A stretch of 64,000 nt of DNA from Azolla caroliniana (Eukaryota; Plantae; Polypodiophyta). The position numbers and the translations under genes are program-made. This document shows positions 14,201-25,640 of this stretch, one piece after another; positions within the stretch are counted from its first letter, which is position 1, and each line of letters opens with the position of its first letter. The notes beneath the pieces are model-generated. The model had not been told where the DNA came from and did not search any database. It saw only the letters and a list, made by a program, of their open reading frames with translations. The stretch covers positions 20,212,001 through 20,276,000 of the forward strand of contig JBHGNT010000010.1 in NCBI GenBank assembly GCA_043228905.1, given 5' to 3'.

Positions 14201-16187
14201 GGGAACAGGTGCCCTATTTATAGAGCCTAATTATGAAGAAAAATATTCACAAAATTAAGATGCCATGGCTGAAATCAATGGTTTCATGTCTGGCTGATTG
14301 GGAAAAATGACTGGCAAGACATGGTTGCTTAACTTAGCTGATGCTATAACATAAATTCTCATACACATGTACTACGGAGCACATATTGAAGAGTTACCAT
14401 CTGTGAGCAAAACAATCATATCAATAGACCAAGGCGAGGGGTTGGCCATGGGCCCATGACTTCAACATCCAAAGGCAAAATGCTGCAAATCCTAGGTCAA
14501 TGTTATGGATAGTACTGATGCTGGTTTGCTTTGCTGGTAAGGTCAATCTCCAAATGACACAGGTTTCTAAGTTTCTTACGAAATCAATCATGTGTTTCCA
14601 ACTTAGAAGAATGAGAATCTGTGGCACATTGTTGGTCAAGTTGAAAATATCCATGCATGCAATGATTATGCACACCCGAAAGGAGCGGCACTAGGCCTTG
14701 TTGTGATGTTGTAAGTGAAATATCTCTAGAACTAGGAATGGTGCTCAGAATATTTGATTAAAAGATGATAGTGGAAGCATGCCACAGAGTAAAGACGACT
14801 GCATCACAGGGAAAACAAGTGTAGTGTCGTATTATTGTATAGGAAATTGGAACATTCCTCAAGTGAGGTTGAGTTATACAAAATATTTAGTAGCCTATGT
14901 TGAAGGGTGAATATCTGCATACAGTGGAAGGAATGTGCAAGTAACTTAGAATTGTGTCCCTCTATCCTCTCTTCTCAGAATGTGCTGAGAAAACTGGCCT
15001 CATCAATATAGAGGCCAAATAGATAAAGTGAACAGATCTGTTTTGCCCTAGTCCTGGAATATCCATATCCTAATGGTACTGTCTGGTGTTAACTGAATGA
15101 TAAATCACAGTGATTCCCTATTATCTTTGTCCGGACTTCTAAGCCTTGTAATTTGTGTACTTCAAGAGCTTTACAGAAATCCACAAAGCTGTGCTCTGCC
15201 TCCTCTAGAATGGCCTTGAGATTATGTGGAGAATCTCTTCCAAAATCTCTAGAAGGTGATCTTTAAACTGGAGTATGGGTTCAATCCTACTTTGCACATG
15301 GCTTTATAAAACATTAGATCTAAGATCTCTGTAATCATATACATCTCTTGTGCGTACAAAGTTCTTCACTGAAAATATAGACATCTTTTGCTGGATGACA
15401 TTAAGGTATCTGTAATATTGAAGGAGAAACAACGGAAGGAAGAAAACTATACGAATGTCTACTAGAGGCCAAAAATGGGTCTTAGAGATAAAATCATCAC
15501 TGTCCTGGGTAACCAAGAAAATTTCAAAATACATGACTATCAACCTAACTTAGAAATTGAACTAAAAATGAGATAGGGAGAAGGGCAGTGGTCCTGCTTC
15601 TTTATACTGCACCAAGGAAACTTGCGACCATAATCAAGGGTGTAGCATGCTGCTGCTGGGGTTTTGGCAAACTGGAACAAGTAGGATTTGTATGTGGTGG
15701 TTGTCTTTCACCTTCTGCAATCTTGGGGTTGTTGGTATAATTGGCCTATTTGGACTATGTTTATCTTTGATTTGCATTGTGAAGTGCTGAGTCATATCAG
15801 CCATTTGAGAGGTCTCCTTGACTGGCAGTTCAGCACCATAGTCTATGCAGGTCTTATTACCAAGGATTGACTACTTGGCATTGAGACATCTCTTCAGTCT
15901 TTTTGTCAGACATGTAGTTGTTTTGTCCAACATAGTTATTAACAGGATTATCCATACAGAAGAAACAAAGACAGAGGGCCAGAGGGCCCCTAGGATGCTC
16001 AACCCTTACATTCAACAAGATCATATATTAGATTAGTGAATGCCTAGTTTATGAGTTAATAAGCTGAGATAATGCTCATTCACCGAAATGTCCATTGCGG
16101 CATTAAGAAGCAACTGTAATGCATTCCATATTTTAAACCATTTTTCCACATCTTGCCTGCATCCACAAAGATAGATAGATAGATAGT

Positions 16188-16226
<39 letters not shown>

Positions 16227-16672
16227 TTCAGATGAATTGAAGAAAGAGATGGAGACAGAGAGATTGATTATATTTGGGATATTTTGCAGACTATTTTCTT
16301 TCTGTGGTTCCTTCTGTCTGGATGGTTTTTCCAAATCCTTTTCTTCTCCATATGGGTTCTTCCTTTTGCGGCTCCATTCGTTATCAACTCTCTTACAAAA
16401 AACATGGTCATACAGGTATGCCCCATTTCTATGCCTGGGATAATGATATCTATATGAAAGATGCAGTAATCATACATTTAGTTTACTCATGGAAGATATA
16501 TTCTCATGGGTATTTGATGCAGGGTTCTTGTCCATCGTGTAAAAGACCATTTGTTGGTGTCCGTAGTCAAACAGTTACATGCAATTATTGCAGATCTGTG
16601 GTTTGGCAGCCAAGGCAAGACTTTTCTAAAGTTGATTCTGATCCGTCAATCATTGATGTAGATATTGAATAG
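11243..16672 (+). CDS. Conserved uncharacterised plastid-targeted membrane protein with C-terminal CxxC..CxxC motif (At2g44870-like), 4 exons, ~302 aa
   Basis: Exons 11243-11821, 12754-12807, 16290-16415, 16523-16672, all GT-AG, 909 nt. Ser-rich transit-peptide-like start, helical region, DFQRNWPT|YRRQLNEF, hydrophobic TIFFLWFLLSGWFFQILFFSIWVLPFAAP, then GSCPSCKRPFVG..TCNYCRSVVWQP..IIDVDIE*. Family assignment is from memory. Confidence 0.85.
16170..16222. repeat. (GATA)n/(AG)n microsatellite in intron
   Basis: Read directly. Confidence 0.95.
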
Positions 16673-17269
16673 AATATCTCAAGGGTATTCTATCCATGCT
16701 TCCTCAACACATGAGAGTGAGTTTATATTTGTTGTAAAGATGGTTGAAGTAATGCTAGTAAAATATAGATTTCTTAAAATTTTCTTTAGCTTTCATTGTT
16801 CATTAGATAGTGGATGTTTTTATGTATAGTCACAAGTACGGAGAGTGTAAAACCTTATTCCCTGTTAAAGCTGATAAATTTTGGAATTGATAAAATATGC
16901 AAATAATTCATGTCCTTTGAAGTACAGTTTCTCTTGATATTGATCTTGGAATTGATAAAATCTACAAATAATTCATGTCCTTGGAAGTATACCATCATGA
17001 TCTTGATAATGACTACGTTATATGACCTTCATGAGGACCTTGTTACATGTGCAAGTGTCGTGTTATTGGTCAATAACACCATCAGAATTATTCTATTCAC
17101 ATTAGTAGTTAGGTGTTGCGCTCAATTTGCTAGATACATTAAGTGTGCTTTAAGCCTTGTTTGATGTTCAAAGTATCTATCGCATGATAAGTGTTGGATG
17201 TGAATAAGATCTCATAACGATTTCATTTAGGAGTTTACGTGTGAAATATTTATGAAATGTTCTCGTCAC

Positions 17270-17510
17270 TATTGAGAGAATTGTTGTGCAAGTTTACACA
17301 TTTAGGGCATACCTCTCATATCAAGGAATACAACATCAAACTACATGCCCATATACACAAGAACAAAATGGAGTAGCAGAGACGAAGAATAGACATCTTC
17401 TAGAGGTAACGATCTCTATGAATGTCCTGAAGCAGTTGTGGGGATAGGTAGTTTTGACGGTTGCCACATTGATCAATAGAATGCCCTCTAGAGTATGGAG
17501 TGGAAGTCTC
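17270..17510 (+). mobile_element. Degenerate Ty1/copia integrase fragment
   Basis: Translates, with lesions, to FRAYLSYQGIQHQTTCPYTQEQNGVAETKNRHLLEVT..LWG*VVLTVATLINRMPSRV, matching the copia integrase core (QQNGVAERKNRHL..LINRMP). Confidence 0.85.
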
Positions 17511-18676
17511 CATGTGAGTTTATTGTGAAATATTTATGATAGGTTCTCCCAATCATAGCTAATGGTAAACACATTTTCCAAGAAAGCGAGGCAATGAGAT
17601 TGGATAATTCTCATAAACAAATATCCCTGTACGTTTTTCTTTAATGGGCACTTTCCTTCCCTAAGAGTAGGTTGCAATTTTCTCTCAAGCAAGTCTTAAT
17701 TATGTAGAGGTAAAGAACAATTGTATGTCTCGTGAATTTTTATGATTTCTTAGTGAGGAAATCTTGTCTTGTGTATTATGTTAATCCAATCATACAAACG
17801 TACCAATTAAGTCCAACATATATGGAAGTTGCCACATGTGGTAAAGTGTATAGTTTCCAATAGAACACTTGAGCAAATGTCTCCTTGGTGGTTGTTTGAT
17901 ACTTCTTAGCATATATTGTTGCTTAGGTTTGTATGGTAATTTCTTACATAGATTGATGCCTATGTTTGTTAGTTTAGCGTTTGATTAATTCATGGAATGT
18001 AGCTGCTCCCCTTGTGCATAGGTGTCTTGGGTTATTTCAATTTTCTTTTTATCATGTTCATTCAAAGACTATTGAAAAATGGAAGCATCATGTTAATGCC
18101 AAGAGTGTCTAATCCACAACATGAACATACTCCATAATTTAGTTTTCTTAAGGGATATTGAACCTGAAACATCATGTCCTAATGATGTTAATAGGAGTTA
18201 ACTTCCTCCATAGCATGCCTCCCTCTCTTCCAATGCTAGCATAATCAAATAAACTTTCAAAATAGTGAATTATTTTAGGAATGCCACAACACCATATCGA
18301 GGAAAGTGAGGTATTTGGAAACAACTGCATTGGGTCGTTCTAAGCTTTACAATAATGATAGGGAATGCAATAGATTTGTTGACTATCTAGATGCATGCAT
18401 TACTATTTTGCAAGTAAGTTCTTGGATTTTGTGGTTTTTAACTTGTGAGATGAAGTCGATGATCATCTTACATTGACATGTATGGATGGAGAGATTTAAA
18501 TGGTCGAGAAGAGCTACACATTGGCTACACATTGGCAAGGGATAAACTAACATGATTGAGTGAGGGAGCATAGTCATATAATTAATTATACATAATATTA
18601 AGAACAAGGTCCATGTCATCATCCGCTTGATAGATGTTGAGAAACATTGGCATAAAAAAAAAAATTTGACTAAGGG

Positions 18677-21600
18677 TCATTGTGAGTAACAAGAACCAGG
18701 ACCAAAAGGTGTTGATCGACCATATCCTTCGACAGGAGCTGCAGCGATTCCTCGTTGATTGAGCAAGCACCGAAAATGGCGTAGTCGAGGCATTGCATCT
18801 CTTGGATCTAAGGCAATCCGATCCAAGCTACTCCATAACCGTTCTACAGGTTGTAATGAGTGTATCAGAAATCCTAAATTTTGCATTAACATCTAACTAA
18901 CCATACGGGGGCATGTTTTCTTGCATCTAACTAACAATTTCACATTCACAATTCATTTAATATAACCTACTATGTGTGTAGGCTCCCACATACTTATACT
19001 AAAAATTTAGTATATGAGATGTTTTTCAAGGTTTTGTATCAATTGTAAATGGGAAATTGGCTACAACATTAATTAATCTCAAGAAATTGATATGGCTCGT
19101 ACAAATAAGGAAAAATGTCACATACCTGCAGTAGCTGCGGCGCGGGGCCATATAGTCTGCTCGATGTCAGAAGGGTCAACTGTTTCACCCCACATGCACA
19201 CCTCCCCACCCAACACAAGGTTTTGTTCATTGACATCAGTAATGTTGGTCAAGGGCTCATTCATGTAAAATGTTGGCCATGTGACATCTAAGTGATCCAA
19301 GTACCAAACATTTTGGTCGCTCACAATGCACTTAAAACCTGCCTTTACCACCTTGGGGGCTATTCCGGATTGTAACCTACATGCATTAAATTGCCACATG
19401 ACATATTTGACATGTCTTTTTTTATAAAGAGCGTCAGATAAGATTTGTTTCACATTATGTTGATGGATATATCATTACTTCTTTGTTTGTTTGGGTTGAA
19501 GTTACCTAAATTATTTCAAATAACTATAGTGTCTACTCTAATCTTTATCTAACCGTTAGTAATGTTCCATTGCCAATACCTTATCAATCACAATTTAGGT
19601 TAAACGTCTTGTTTGAAATAAATTTCATGTTTTTTCTCACTTACAATTCATAGTGCCATACCTCATTTAGTAATGTGTGTACAACCGAGTGTTTTTTCTC
19701 GTTGCCAAAATGGGGGTGGTCGATAAGCTTTTTTTTTCTATTTTTTCCAATATGCCAATATCAAGATCATCTAAGAAAATGATAGATAATAGTGGCATTG
19801 ATTGCCACAGTTGGTAAAGCATTGTACTCTGGTATCTACTCCCAACTTAAGGTTTAAGCATGAAAAAACATCCTCAACTCAAGTGCATTGTGTACCCATA
19901 CACACTTTTTTGCCCGACAAGCATATGCTTGAGTTAAATAGTTTGTGCAATGCATGAATTGTTGAAACAAACCTCAAACAAATTATCTAAATCTAGCACT
20001 TCTGGGAATCGCGCGCCCTAAACCCTAAACCCCCTACATGCTTTTTAACCATGAAAGTATGCTCCTTTCCCATAGCTAAAGGAAATTGTTGCCATTGTGT
20101 TGTGTGTTGTATGTTTAAGTGTTGATCTTACCAGTTCTGGATCACGGTCTTCTTGTTCAGTTGATCACCAAATCTATCAAATGGCTCTTCCCTAATACAA
20201 TTACAAACCAAATTTCATATTAATTCAAAAAAAGAAGGCGAAAAAAGCAGATGTGTACGTGTTTGCGAATATTTACTTGTTTTTAGGAAATAAGAAGAGA
20301 AAATAAAATAAAAGCAAATTAAAAATAAATAAAGTACAATGCAAGTATAAATAAATAAAATGAAGTAACAAAATTAAGAAATTAAAATAGAAATTATGAG
20401 AAGAGGAAATAGATTAAAACTTAGAATAAATAAAATAGAATATAAACATTTAAACAAATTTAATTAACTTTTACCAATTAATAGGAATAAATCCATGTGA
20501 CAAGCTTATGGCCTCAGCTCGAACCACAAAGCTTTTGTAAGCGTCGAATGCTGTCAAGTTGTTCTTGTTGAGCCTAGTAAATGACTGACTCATTAGGAAG
20601 ATACACATATTCAAAAAAAATGTGTGTAGAATAAAAAAAACTAACTAGTAAAATAAATGAAAAGCTACAAAGAATGTTGAAAAACATTTATAAAAACAAA
20701 AACCAAAAAAAGATTAACAAATAACAAAGCACATATAACATATATAATGTTGTTGGGAGAGACATTTACCAGCTCCTAATCCTTGGTGTGCTTGTCCAAC
20801 AAGCTTCATCATCATCATCATGAATATATACATATAGCACAAATTTAGTGAAGAGCAAAATATAACAACAACAAAAAACAAGATTAAATATCAACCTAAA
20901 AAACAAGTGGAAAAAAAACTTAAGGTCATGCAATTCTATAAACTAAATAGTAGCCAAAACATATGAGCATCTATGTGCATGTGCCATCTATGTGTTTTGG
21001 CTAGTAATACACACACATACACACACACACACAATATTGTGTAAAATCGGAAAGGGGATTTGCTAGTTGGTGTATGAGAATCAACAACTCACATGTGTTA
21101 ACTTCGTCACCGCCCATGTGCACAAACCCAAACTTGAAGATTTTAGCAAAATCTGCATAGGAAATGTCGATCCGATCATATGGATAAGTATGTGCATGCA
21201 GTGCATTAAGGATGTTGTTATAGATTGTGATCATGTATGCCAACGAGGTGCAATATGATGAGTCAATCTGAATGCCAATATGTGCATGTGATTGTATATG
21301 CTAGTAGTATGTCCATATGTATTGTATATGCTAGTAGTATGTGCATGTGATTGTATATGTTAGGAGTATGTGCATACTATGTATTGTATGCATGCCAGTA
21401 CATGTATGTACATATGTGCCAGTACTGGCATGTGTATGTGTGCTATTTATATGTATGTATGTGTGTGTATGTGTATGTATGTATGTATGTATGTGAAAGC
21501 ATGTGTGACCAGAGAGTATGCCATCGATGACATGAAATGTGAAGTTCCTGGACACATCCAATGGTTGTGTGCAGTTGACAGAAGGCCACAACTTTGGATA

Positions 21601-22102
21601 TCCAACTCCCCTGCAATAATATTATCACATCCCTAAGTATAAGACTTATCCCTTCTTAACCTAAATTTAACCTCCTAATCATATATATAGAACTCACCAA
21701 GAAGCAGCATGGCCAGGAACATCGATCTCTGGCAAAACATGGATGCCCCTTCTCCTTGCATACCTTGCAATGCCCATTCATAGGAAAAAAAAGATTGTTA
21801 TACAATTACTGACATGTATGTATGCATGTATTTGAGTAGGTTCTGTATGCATATACATAGGTATGTGTGTGTATGTTATGAATATTCAGAATTGTATGTG
21901 TGTGTGTGTGTGTGTGTATGTATTTATGTATGTATGTATGTTATGTATATTGTATTTATGAATGTATTTATGTATGCATGTATGTTATGTATATTGTATT
22001 TATGTATTTGTGTGTGTATGTATGTATGTAGTTATGTATATTGTATTTATGTATGTATGTATGTGTGTGTGTGTGTGTATGTTATGAGTATTCAAAATTG
22101 TA

Positions 22103-22137
<35 letters not shown>

Positions 22138-24545
22138 ATGTATGTATGTATGTATGTATGTATGTGTGTGTGTGTATGTATGTTATGTATATTTTATGTA
22201 TGTATGTATTTGTGTAAGTTATGCATGTACTATTGTATATATATCGATGTGTGTATGTTATGTATGTATGTATGTATGTATGTAAGGTGGATCTTTCTTA
22301 CTCTACTATGTCTTTGGCATCCTCGATTGTGTAGCGCTCGTGGATTGAGTATGAACCGTCTGATAATTTGGGGAAGGAGGGTATCTCCAATGCGAACGAT
22401 TGTGTGTCGACAATGTGCCAATGGAACACATTCTAAAGTTACATCCAAATGAAATGTATTTATACAAAACAAGTCAGGATGCAGATAATATACATAATCT
22501 TTAAACATGAAAATTAACCTATAATGAAATGATCATTCATGAATGTTTTTGTTTACTTTGATCAAACATGAGACAACTCGATTTGACTTAGGTTTTTGCC
22601 ATTTATAATCATATGAGACTCCGAACATAGAACAAAAAAGCATATCTATACTCACAAGCTTGGCATATGACATTGCATCGAGGACCTTCTTAATGGTTCG
22701 GATGGGTTGATAATGCCGCGCAGTATCTTTCATGAATTTCACAAACATAAGTTTTAATCCACATAATCTATGGTTTTGGTTATGTCAATGTTAAACAAAG
22801 CTGACAATGCAATAACTTCTTCCATGTTGTTTCTGAGGGACTATGTTTATGCATAATACCCTCCCTACAATGATTGTATTAACATGATGACAAATGATTG
22901 TAATTTGGTACTAATCATGTCAAGGATAGATTATAGTACTAATCATAAGAATCAAAGTGTTAATTAGTCGACGTATATATTTACCAACAAGGAGTCCTCG
23001 GTATCGGAATCGGGGTTTATCGGCGATAGACCAAGGGGCATCACGTATGTTGACACTCTTGGACTTAAAATCGAAGCTACATAGTTGGCTAAATGTCTAA
23101 TCACATTATGAAAATAATAAGGACAACATAACCTTGTTAGTTTGAAGGATTTGTTATCATCAATTTAATGATTGTAACGCCCACCATAGTTGTAATTACC
23201 TCGAGGCCTCGTAATGCTCCATATATGGTATCAGCCTGTAATGTCAATTAACTTGATTGATGTTAATTTTCTTAAGAGTGTCCGAGAGGATCGTATACAT
23301 TTTAATCGCAAAGTTTTCTTTCATTTCGATCATGTAATGAAATGTGTTCTTTCTATTAACCAATTCCATTAATTCATTCACAAAGTCATGTTAAGACACA
23401 ACATAGTACAGAATGTGATTTGGCATTGCTAAAAAAGCCCTGTTTTTATTGTAGATTTAGTAAGTAGTGATTGTGTGAATTGCATGAGATAATAATTCAA
23501 AAGATTCAATCTTATGAATGTTTAACATAATTGTTTACCTCAATGTATGCTAGATTTGGATTGTTCGAATGTGGCACATGCAACGAGTACGATTCATCCG
23601 TGTCGAGATGCAACTATTGGCATGAAACATTTGATTATCCAACATTTAAATTCACCATCACACAAACACACATATTATTAATTGAATGGAATGGAATGGA
23701 TCAATGGAATGAATGATCATGTCGATCCAATAGGTACTCACACTCTCGTCCATAGATTTCAAGTTGATACACAAAGTGGAGATCATCATATCAAATTGAT
23801 CATCACCAGACTCACCATCACCACCATTATGATTCCCAAAGATGAGATCACCATAACGATTGAATGCCTCATCCAGAACAGGACTGGTATAAGTGCTAGA
23901 GTTCTTGACTACCATGCAATCCTCCATGGAGTTGAGTGTATACTGGAATTGGAGGTGTTGAGAAAGCACCACCATTAATGGGTGATGAGGAGGAGGAGGA
24001 GGAGGAGGAGGATTTGCAGAAGTGGTAGCATTAGTTGTAGAGTTGTGATGACCACTACTGAAGTGGAGTGGCAATGGCCAAACCCTAGGGACTGCCTTAG
24101 CCTTATACCCTACTTCTAATGACCCAACACTAATGCTAATATCAATGGCACCATCATCATCATCATCAATATCATCCAAATCAGGGCTCTTCTCATGAGT
24201 TAATACCATATGATTGATATAATGCTTATCATCATGATGGCTAGTAGACTTAATTGAGCTTATATCGACCGACCCAACATGATCATGATCATTATATGAT
24301 TCCATCGTATTAACATAGTTATCGTTGTCGGCATTGGTCGGGGTGTTGGTTTGCCATATCTTTATGGCATAACATAAGCTTCTAGTAGTAGTAGTAGTAG
24401 TAATGTAAGGGCCATTAGGCAGCCATACAAGGTCATTATAATAAGAACAAAGATGGGTCATGAATAACATTGGAAGACCATATTTGCAATAGAAGAAGAA
24501 TAGGTTGTTAAGAAAGGTGATTAAGATGTTATTAGTAGGTTCCAT
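18677..24545 (-). CDS. HEXO: Beta-hexosaminidase (GH20; HEXO1/HEXO3 type), 14 exons, ~688 aa
   Basis: Minus-strand exons: 24545-23742, 23613-23539, 23235-23200, 23096-22985, 22726-22656, 22432-22302, 21763-21698, 21610-21510, 21152-21093, 20803-20770, 20573-20475, 20191-20132, 19376-19126, 18843-18677. Sum is 2067 nt, in frame. Motifs: VWPLP, DESYSL, GALRGLETFSQL, DKPRFRYRGLLVDTARHY, NVFHWHIVDTQSF, PEIDVPGH, catalytic HMGGDEV, GGEVCMWGE, IWPRAAATAERLWS, GPGSC. The start codon is less certain. Confidence 0.95.
21280..21495. repeat. ~30-bp tandem repeat plus (TATG)n/(TG)n low-complexity tract in a HEXO intron
   Basis: tgtgcatgtgattgtatatgctagtagta-like unit about three times, followed by a TATG/TG tract. 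Confidence 0.8.
21814..22285. repeat. Long compound (TATG)n/(TG)n microsatellite filling most of a HEXO intron
   Basis: Read directly; it explains the spurious C/V/M/Y-rich ORF at 21814-22452. Confidence 0.95.
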
Positions 24546-25164
24546 TAATAGTTAAGAAGAAAACATACATACAAAAACCCTAAACCCTTAAGCAGCAACA
24601 AAAAGACCTAGTTAATATAATGTGGAGTGTGTGTGTGGACATGTGGTGCATGAAGAACTCATATAAGAAAGAGGCTACATTAGCTCCCTTGATTTAAGTA
24701 GTTGTAGTTAGTAGTAGATAAAGCAAGTTTCTTTGTTCACCTAGTAGACCAACTTGCAAAATGACACACTGTTAAATCTACTATAAATTAATGTTTTGTG
24801 CTTTTTGCATTGGCATATATAACCCCTCCTCCTGGCCTCCTAACATTAATGCCTTTTGGAATCCACACAAAGATAGTGCCGAGCCATTGAACATGATTTG
24901 TTGGAACATGACGTCAACCGAGTTGCCATCCTTGACACCTTAAATTGGTAGGATCCAAATTTCAACCTCTCCCCAATTCCTTATCATCACATTTTGGTAC
25001 ATATATTGGTGTATGTGTGTATGAGTCGTATCCCTATGTGCACATACATGATAAATATATGCATGTGTATGGATCATGGTTTATGCAATTATGTGCATGT
25101 TGAAATGAATATTTCTATGTGTTAGTGTACTACGTAGAGGTGCATCTATACCAATGGATGCTAG

Positions 25165-25640
25165 TATGTGTGTGTGTGTGTGTAAGTGTATCTAACTATG
25201 TGACTATGCGTATGCGTATGCGTTGGGTATGCATATGGGTATGGGTATGGGTATGCATGTGTATGGGCATAGTATGTAAAATTCGTGTCTGTCTAGCATA
25301 ACATTCGTTTCCTACGTTGGAAAACGAATGCATATGTTATTTCAAACATTCTTGTGTTTTTTTTTTTCCCTTGTTTTTGTTTTTTTCCATTTTTTAGGCT
25401 TATTTACCTCATAATAAATATGTAGTTAATCCAAAAGTATGGTATTTATCATTCTTTGAGGGTATTTTTCTTACGCGAATGATTGAAACATTCTTGCATG
25501 CGAATGCACGTATGGTATGTATGGTTCATACTATGTGTATGGGTATGCGTATGGGTATGTGTATGCGTATGAGTATGCGTATGTGTATGTGGGTATGCGT
25601 ATGCGTATGCGTATGCGTATGCATATTCATATTCGTATGT
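25165..25640. repeat. (TG)n, (TATGCG)n and (TATGGG)n microsatellites upstream of HEXO
   Basis: Two clusters at about 25165-25270 and 25510-25640. Confidence 0.9.

Noticed and set aside
13950-16000. Possible nested gene or TE in the long intron of the At2g44870-like gene
   Set aside because: Only short ORFs with no motif I could recognise with confidence.
20015-20032. Interstitial telomere arrays (ccctaaa x2; also ~24577 and ~36816)
   Set aside because: Only about two units each, consistent with telo-boxes or chance.
21814-22452. 212-aa Cys/Val/Met/Tyr-rich ORF
   Set aside because: It is the translation of a (TATG)n/(TG)n microsatellite, antisense within a HEXO intron.
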